In this document: positions 58,515-64,000 of the stretch, in pieces | How positions within the stretch are numbered: position 1 is the first letter of the stretch | Layout of the letters: the number at the start of each line of letters is the position of its first letter | Assembly: GCA_964423815.1 (NCBI GenBank) | Contig: CAYRGW010000004.1 | Coordinates: 370 to 64,369, forward strand | Direction: 5' to 3' | DNA length: 64,000 nt | From: an uncultured Solibacteraceae bacterium | GTDB lineage: Bacteria; Acidobacteriota; Vicinamibacteria; Vicinamibacterales; SCN-69-37 | Program-made: the position numbers and the translations under genes | The notes under the pieces: generated by a model | What the model was told of the DNA's origin: nothing | Database searches by the model: none | The model's input: only the letters and a program-made list of their open reading frames with translations

Positions 58515-60017
58515 CTATGATGGCGGGGCTTCGCTGATCCCACATTCCTTCATCTTGTTCAGGAGCGTTTTGTAGCTCACGCTCAGGTAGGCGGCCGCTT
58601 TGCGCCGATTCCAGCGGAAGCGGGCCAATGCCTGGTCGATGGCCTTGCGTTGCGCGTGCAGGGCCGCCGTCTTGGCGAGGGCCTGCAGATCGATCTGACC
58701 GTCGGCGTCTTCGAGCAACTCCAGCGGCACGTCGTCGGGTTCGGCCGCAGGCGCCACCGGCGTGTGATCCACCTCGGTCGGCGCGGGCGCGGTGACCGCG
58801 GCGGCCGCCACGGGTTTTGGCGCGGGTTCGGCATGTCGCGGCCGGTTCAGTTCCGTCAGGATCATCCGTTCGTCCTGCAGGACCACAAAACGCTTCATTG
58901 TGTTTTCGAGCTCGCGGATATTGCCGGGCCAGGCATACCCCTCGAGCGTGTCGAGCAGGAGCTGGCTGGGGCGCGGCGCCGGTCGCCGATAGAGTCGTGC
59001 ATACCGGAGGAGAAAAAACTCAATCAGCGCGGGGATCTCATTGCGTCGCTGACGCAGCGGGGGAATCCGCAACTCGATGACCTGGAGACGGTAGTACAGG
59101 TCCTCGCGGAAGGCCCGATCACGCATCATCGAGTCGAGATCCCGATTGGTGGCGGCAATGACGCGGACGTCGACATCAACCGGTCGATTGCTGCCGAGTT
59201 TGGTGAACTGACGGTCCTGCAGCACGTGGAGAATCTTGGCCTGAAGGCCGATGGGCAGTTCGCCGATTTCATCGAGCATGATTGTTCCGCCGTCGGCAAA
59301 TTCAAATTTGCCGATCCGCGTCGTTCCAGCCCCGGTGAATGCGCCACGTTCGTGACCGAACAGCTCGCTCTCCAGCAGGTCGGCGGGTAATGCCGCGCAG
59401 TTCACCTTCACAAACGGCCGGGTGCGACGGCCCGAGCGGCGATGCAGCTCGCGTGCGATCACTTCTTTGCCGGTGCCGCTCTCGCCGCGCAGCAATACGT
59501 CCACCGAGCTGTCCGCCACGCGGTCGACCATGTCCATCACCGTCTGCATGGCGGGCCCGATGCTCCAGCACGGTTGGGTACCCTCAGGGTCTTCCGCCAC
59601 CTGGGCGCTGAGACGTGCCACTTCGGAACTGAGCGCCTCGCGCTGCAGTGCGTTGCGAATCGCGGCTTCAAGGGCGGCCTCACCCATGCCATCCGCGTCC
59701 CCGGGCTTGAGCACGTAGTCCGCGGCGCCCAGTCGCACGGCTTCAATCACCGTCGCCGGCGCGTGCCGACCCGACAACATGATCACCTGCGCAGCCGGAT
59801 GGGCCTGGCGAATGGCGCGCAAGGTGTCGAGACCGTCCATGTTCGGCATCAGGACGTCGAGCAGGATGACCTGCGGCGCCTGGCCCCGCGTGAGTGCGTC
59901 AAGCAGCTCGGTGCCGCTGTGGTACACGTCCACGTTGTAGGACTGGGCACGCAGCAGGGTGGCGAGAAACTCTGTGAAGTCCGGATCATCGTCAACGATG
60001 GCGAGGCGGGCATTCAT
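58515..60017 (-). CDS. Sigma54-dependent response regulator (REC-AAA+-HTH)
   Basis: IVDDD; LLDVLMP; GESGTGKE; GAFTGA; WPGNIRELEN; Fis-type HTH. Confidence 0.95.
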   Translation of the reverse strand: MNARLAIVDDDPDFTEFLATLLRAQSYNVDVYHSGTELLDALTRGQAPQVILLDVLMPNMDGLDTLRAIRQAHPAAQVIMLSGRHAPATVIEAVRLGAADYVLKPGDADGMGEAALEAAIRNALQREALSSEVARLSAQVAEDPEGTQPCWSIGPAMQTVMDMVDRVADSSVDVLLRGESGTGKEVIARELHRRSGRRTRPFVKVNCAALPADLLESELFGHERGAFTGAGTTRIGKFEFADGGTIMLDEIGELPIGLQAKILHVLQDRQFTKLGSNRPVDVDVRVIAATNRDLDSMMRDRAFREDLYYRLQVIELRIPPLRQRRNEIPALIEFFLLRYARLYRRPAPRPSQLLLDTLEGYAWPGNIRELENTMKRFVVLQDERMILTELNRPRHAEPAPKPVAAAAVTAPAPTEVDHTPVAPAAEPDDVPLELLEDADGQIDLQALAKTAALHAQRKAIDQALARFRWNRRKAAAYLSVSYKTLLNKMKECGISEAPPS

Positions 60018-60652
60018 GATGGAGACTCCTGCAGGGGAAACGTGATGATGAGGTCGCGCGCCGATCGGACGTGACCGGAGGCGACGGTGATGACGTGACA
60101 GGCGAGCGCGGCCGTCAGGCCGGGTGTCTGCCACGGGTCGAACGGGACGTCCTCGGGCGTGTCAGGTGCCGCGGCGAGGGGGATCAGAAACTGGAGGTCG
60201 TGTCGATCGCCGGTGTGCACGATGTGCACACGCGCCGGGCGACCCGGGGCGTGTTTGAGTGTGGCGAGTGTGGTCACCGCGTGTGCGAGTTGATCCACAT
60301 CGGCGGCCGCCTGCAACACCGGGCTTTTCCCCGTGGTGATTGCCGCCTCGTCTTCCGAATTCGCCTCGAACAACAATCCGGACACGCTGCACCGCTGGCG
60401 CACGCGGGCCACCAGGGTCGCTGCCGCGACCGGGCGCCGGACACCTTCGGCGGATGGAAGGAAACCCACCGCTTCGTCACACATGTGCGCGATGCGTGTC
60501 AGCGCGGTCGCGGTTTGTGACCAGGCCTTGTCGCGGGCCTCGAAGGTGTCGAGGCGCTCGAGACGGAGGAGCCGGACGTAACCTGCGGCGACGCTCAACG
60601 GGCTCCGCAGATCGTGCAGCAGGACATCCAGGACGCGTTCAAGCTCCGCCAT
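60014..60652 (-). CDS. Degenerate histidine-kinase-like protein (H-box, eroded ATPase)
   Basis: LLHDLRSPL H-box; no recognisable N/G1 boxes; ATGA overlap with the bEBP start. Confidence 0.65.
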   Translation of the reverse strand: MAELERVLDVLLHDLRSPLSVAAGYVRLLRLERLDTFEARDKAWSQTATALTRIAHMCDEAVGFLPSAEGVRRPVAAATLVARVRQRCSVSGLLFEANSEDEAAITTGKSPVLQAAADVDQLAHAVTTLATLKHAPGRPARVHIVHTGDRHDLQFLIPLAAAPDTPEDVPFDPWQTPGLTAALACHVITVASGHVRSARDLIITFPLQESPS

Positions 60653-60689
60653 GTCTTCCCTCCGACCCGTGATAGTTTGGCAGGGTCCC

Positions 60690-61067
60690 ATGAGCCGCCC
60701 GAAAGTACTCCTTGTTGACGACTACCTCGATGCGCTTGAGGTCTGGGCGCTGTTTCTGAGTTCCGAAGGTTTTGATGTCAACACCGCAGCCGATGGACCC
60801 ACGGCGCTGCGGATGGTCGAGTCCACCACGCCGGACGTCATCGTGATGGACCTCGATTTGCCAGGCATGAGCGGCATTGATGTCGCGCGTACCCTCCGGG
60901 CGCAGGCGGCGCATGCGCGCCTCCCCCTGATCGCGGTGACCGGGCACACCGGTACCAAACTCGACGCGGCGCGCGCGGCGGGTTTTGATGCGGCCCTGGT
61001 CAAACCGTGCGCGCCTGATGCACTGACCGCGCAGATCAGGCAGCTGCTGTTGATGCCTCGGCATTAA
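60690..61067 (+). CDS. Single-domain response regulator
   Basis: LLVDD; VMDLDLPGMSG; AVTG; VKP. Confidence 0.9.
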   Translation: MSRPKVLLVDDYLDALEVWALFLSSEGFDVNTAADGPTALRMVESTTPDVIVMDLDLPGMSGIDVARTLRAQAAHARLPLIAVTGHTGTKLDAARAAGFDAALVKPCAPDALTAQIRQLLLMPRH

Positions 61068-61116
61068 GTAAAAACTTCCAAAAAACCTGAGAGTTGGCAC
61101 GACGGGACTCATCTTG

Positions 61117-61132
61117 AGCAAGACAGGTGCCA
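61117..61132 (-). promoter_or_regulatory. Sigma54 -24/-12 promoter (leftward)
   Basis: Minus strand reads TGGCAC-CTGTC-TTGCT, a full match to TGGCAC-N5-TTGCW. Confidence 0.7.
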
Positions 61133-61214
61133 GCCCGTCATGACCCCTGGTGCCATGATGTGCCCTGAGGTTGCCCACAGTCGGTAACAAATTGCACACA
61201 TCGTCCAGATAGTC

Positions 61215-61230
61215 CGGCACGTGAGTTGCT
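61215..61230 (+). promoter_or_regulatory. Sigma54 -24/-12 promoter (rightward)
   Basis: CGGCAC-GTGAG-TTGCT, 12 bp before the ATG at 61243. Confidence 0.7.
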
Positions 61231-61242
61231 TGCATCCGGGGG

Positions 61243-61773
61243 ATGAAAGTGGCGCTCGCCCTGGCCTGTGCCGTGTTGTGTGCAGCAGCAGGACCACAGT
61301 CCGTCGCGCAGAGCCGGGAACGTGTGCCGGATCAGGCCCTGAAGGCGGCCTTCCTGATTCGATTCGCGGACTTTGTGGCCTGGCCCCCAGGCACGCCCGG
61401 GTCCGCCTTCACGGTCTGTCTCTCGGCGTCGCATGGTTTCGGTACGGCGGTTGAGGCCGCGACGAAGGGATCGAGTGTGCGCGGCCGGGCCGTGGTCGTT
61501 CGGCACCTGACCGGCACCGACGCGGTCGCGGACTGCCAGGTCCTGTATATCGATCGTGCGGACAGCCATCTCCTCCCGCTGACGCGCCGCCGGCCCATTC
61601 TCACGGTGGGTGAGGATGTGGGCTTCTGTCAACGAGGCGGGGTGATCAATCTCCGGATCGTGGACGACCGGATTCGATTTGAGGTCAGCCTCACCCATGC
61701 GCGGGGCAGTGGTCTCACCGTGGATGCACAACTCCTGCGGCTCGCCATCGCCGTGTACGGGGGTGGTCAGTGA
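61243..61773 (+). CDS. YfiR family periplasmic protein
   Basis: Signal peptide; LKAAFLIRFADFVAWP; CQVLYI; ILTVGE..F..GGVINL. Confidence 0.88.
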   Translation: MKVALALACAVLCAAAGPQSVAQSRERVPDQALKAAFLIRFADFVAWPPGTPGSAFTVCLSASHGFGTAVEAATKGSSVRGRAVVVRHLTGTDAVADCQVLYIDRADSHLLPLTRRRPILTVGEDVGFCQRGGVINLRIVDDRIRFEVSLTHARGSGLTVDAQLLRLAIAVYGGGQ

Positions 61774-63668
61774 AACACTGGTTCCGCTCCCAGCCCATCC
61801 ACCGCAAGTTGGTCCTCACGTCCATGCTGAAGACCACGGTCGTGTTGTCCATCGCCATGATCGCGCTGTTGGTGCTTGACGCGTGGCGGTTTCACGCCAT
61901 CGCCAGGCAGGACGCCCACACGCTGGGCAGCATGGTGGCTGAAGTGGTCCGTCCGGCGCTCGCGTTTGGACAGATGGACACGGTGCAGCCGGGCGTGGAG
62001 ATCCTTCGCCTGCGGCCGCAGGTCGAACGCGCGTGTGTCTACGGGAAAGACGGCGCCCTCCATGGGCGCTATGTCCGCACGCAGTCGCAGCCCTGTCCGG
62101 AAACTCTTCCCTCCGCAGATGGACCGTGGTACGTCCTCGACGCGCTTGTGCCCGTGGTCTCCGGCGAGGACGTGGTCGGCTACATCTACGTGAGCCGCGA
62201 TTGGCAGATTCTGCTGAACCGTCTGGAGACTGCCGGCCTCTCGAGCCTGGTGGTCCTCATCCTCGCGGCTGGTGTCATGTTCGTCCTGTCGCATCGACTG
62301 CACCGCACCATTTCGGAACCCATCAGCCAGCTGGCCTCCGCCACGGCCGAGATGGGGCGGACGGGTGTGTATGCCCTGCCGCCGATCGACGTGGCTCAGG
62401 ATGAAGTCGGTCAGCTGGTGACCTCCGTCGGCGCGATGGTCGAACGGGTGCAGCAGGTCACCTACGACTTGACGAGAACCAATGATGCGCTTCGGTTCGA
62501 GATCGAGGAGCGCCAGATGGTGGAGAAAGAACGTGAGGCGCTGCTTTTCCGCGAACAGGAGGCCAACCGCATCAAGGACGAATTCCTGGCCACGGTCTCG
62601 CACGAACTGCGCACCCCCCTCAACGCCATCGTCGGCTGGGCGCAGATTCTGTCCACAACCACTCCCGAACCGTCCACGATCGCCAAGGCGGCCGCCAGCC
62701 TGCATCGTAATGCGCAGACCCAGGCGCGTGTCATTGACGACCTGATCGATATCTCGCGCATCGTGACCGGCAAGTTGCGGGTGGACCCGACGCCGGTGGA
62801 CCTGCGCGCGGTCGTCGAGGCCTCGGTCGAAGCCATCCGGCCGATGGCCGGACACGGCGGCGTCACACTCACGGTCACGTTGCCGGAGGACGCGTGCGTC
62901 ATCATGGGCGACCGCACACGTTTGCAGCAGGTGGTCTGGAACCTGCTGTCGAACGCCGTGAAGTTTTCGCCCCAGGGGCACGTGCAGGTCGAGGTCCGGC
63001 AGGAAGGCGCATTCCTTGATCTCGTCGTCACCGACGACGGCCAGGGGATCGCGCCGGAATTCCTGCCCCATGTCTTTGACCGTTTCCGCCAGGCCGACTC
63101 GTCGGTGACGCGACAACACGGGGGACTGGGCATTGGCCTCGCGGTGGTCAAGGAACTGGTGGAGCTGCAGGGCGGCACGTTGCAGGCGCTGAGTGGAGGT
63201 CGTGGCAACGGCGCCACCTTCTCCATCCGTTTCCCCTGCGTGGATCATGTGGTGCCGTGCAACGACGAAGAAGAGCGGCTGCCCTCGCTTGCGGGCATCT
63301 CGGTGCTCGCGGTGGACGACAACACGGATTCGCTCGAAGTGCTTGAAGCGGTCCTTGCCGACGCGGGCGCCCGTGTCCGCACGGCCACCTCCGGCGCCGC
63401 CGCGTTGGAACGTTGGCAACGTGAGCCCGCCGACGTGTTGTTGTGCGACATTGCCATGCCGTACATGAGCGGCTACGAGTTGCTGCCCCGGATCAGGGAT
63501 CTCGACCGGCTCTCAGGGCGGATGACCCCGGCGATCGCCGTCACCGCACACGCCACCGATGAGCTGGTCGCCCGGAGCGCACAGGCCGGATTCCAATTAC
63601 ACATCGCCAAGCCCTTTGACCGTAAACAACTGCTGAAGGCCATCGTGACCGCACGGATCCGGATATGA
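61770..63668 (+). CDS. Hybrid sensor kinase (CHASE8-like, HAMP, HisKA, HATPase, REC)
   Basis: FLATVSHELRTPLNAI; NLLSNAVKF; DDGQGI; GGLGIGL; LLCDIAMP. Confidence 0.94.
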   Translation: MKHWFRSQPIHRKLVLTSMLKTTVVLSIAMIALLVLDAWRFHAIARQDAHTLGSMVAEVVRPALAFGQMDTVQPGVEILRLRPQVERACVYGKDGALHGRYVRTQSQPCPETLPSADGPWYVLDALVPVVSGEDVVGYIYVSRDWQILLNRLETAGLSSLVVLILAAGVMFVLSHRLHRTISEPISQLASATAEMGRTGVYALPPIDVAQDEVGQLVTSVGAMVERVQQVTYDLTRTNDALRFEIEERQMVEKEREALLFREQEANRIKDEFLATVSHELRTPLNAIVGWAQILSTTTPEPSTIAKAAASLHRNAQTQARVIDDLIDISRIVTGKLRVDPTPVDLRAVVEASVEAIRPMAGHGGVTLTVTLPEDACVIMGDRTRLQQVVWNLLSNAVKFSPQGHVQVEVRQEGAFLDLVVTDDGQGIAPEFLPHVFDRFRQADSSVTRQHGGLGIGLAVVKELVELQGGTLQALSGGRGNGATFSIRFPCVDHVVPCNDEEERLPSLAGISVLAVDDNTDSLEVLEAVLADAGARVRTATSGAAALERWQREPADVLLCDIAMPYMSGYELLPRIRDLDRLSGRMTPAIAVTAHATDELVARSAQAGFQLHIAKPFDRKQLLKAIVTARIRI

Positions 63669-64000
63669 CCACACCACTGCTCCGTCGATGCTCTCAGGTG
63701 ATGGGCTGTTTCACCCTCACTGCGTTGCTGATGTCGGCCGAGGCCGGAGCCCAGACACCGATGCAGGCGCAGGACCTCCGGTCATTGACGCTGGAGCAAT
63801 TGATGGCGGTGCCGGTCACGGTGACCAACCGGGTGCCACAATCACGCCTGACGACACCGGCCAGCGTGTTTGTGATGACGAGTGATGCGATCAGGCAGTC
63901 TGGCGCAACCACCTTGCCGGAAGTCTTGCGGATGGTCCCGGGCATACACGTCGCACAAATTGACGGCAACAAATGGGCGATTGGCATTCGCGGATTCACC
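63665..64000 (+). CDS. TonB-dependent receptor, N-terminal plug (runs off the window end)
   Basis: Not in the ORF track; ATGA overlap; signal peptide, then LTLEQLM...TPASVFVMTSDAIRQSGATTLPEVLRMVPGIHVAQIDGNKWAIGIRGF. Confidence 0.9.
   Translation, partial: MTTPLLRRCSQVMGCFTLTALLMSAEAGAQTPMQAQDLRSLTLEQLMAVPVTVTNRVPQSRLTTPASVFVMTSDAIRQSGATTLPEVLRMVPGIHVAQIDGNKWAIGIRGFT

Noticed and set aside
60639-61235. Minus-strand ORF downstream of the leftward sigma54 promoter
   Set aside because: Antisense to the response regulator, with no RBS or domain features; treated as non-coding.
61767-63419. Long antisense ORFs (also 37043-38110, 57128-58537, 24514-25713, 7965-9014, 19012-20094)
   Set aside because: They lie opposite well-supported genes and carry no family motifs; such shadow ORFs are expected in high-GC DNA.
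1-64000. tRNA, rRNA, integrase or transposase genes
   Set aside because: None recognised by eye; tRNAscan and Infernal were not run.

Overview
GC-rich bacterial DNA, probably Acidobacteriota (Vicinamibacteria-like). This is inferred from two tandem PadR + duplicated orphan permease pairs, a Ser/Thr kinase-TPR gene, PQQ-like beta-propellers and Tat-exported Gfo/Idh/MocA genes. From left to right: (1) 1-6 kb, a co-oriented run of small accessory genes with one near-complete and two eroded attC-like sites, i.e. a decayed integron cassette array with no integrase in the window; (2) an ECF sigma/anti-sigma module; (3) an operon of a Tat DsrE-like protein, an atypical cbb3-type oxidase (CcoN-like, tri-heme CcoO fusion, unannotated 51-aa CcoQ-like ORF) and a TsdA-like diheme cytochrome; (4) a DUF1080 / Gfo-Idh-MocA / TIM-barrel / ApbE sugar-oxidation cluster; (5) a VapBC module; (6) the lysine operon asd-lysC-dapB-dapA-dapD plus an M20 peptidase; (7) amidinotransferase + APC permease, a GT39 glycosyltransferase, DUF1800/DUF1501, a kinase, two PadR-ADOP pairs, Crp/Fnr-katE and PBP1A; (8) a sigma54 signalling locus with divergent -24/-12 promoters, YfiR, a hybrid kinase and a TonB receptor running off the right end. 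The most striking observation is an unannotated 30-codon Lys/Met-rich leader peptide with complete 1:2, 2:3 and 3:4 attenuator hairpins upstream of the lysine operon, which would mean ribosome-mediated attenuation rather than a lysine riboswitch. Several short palindromic or heptameric repeat families occur, two of them inside reading frames. Family assignments come from motif recognition by eye; no database searches were run.
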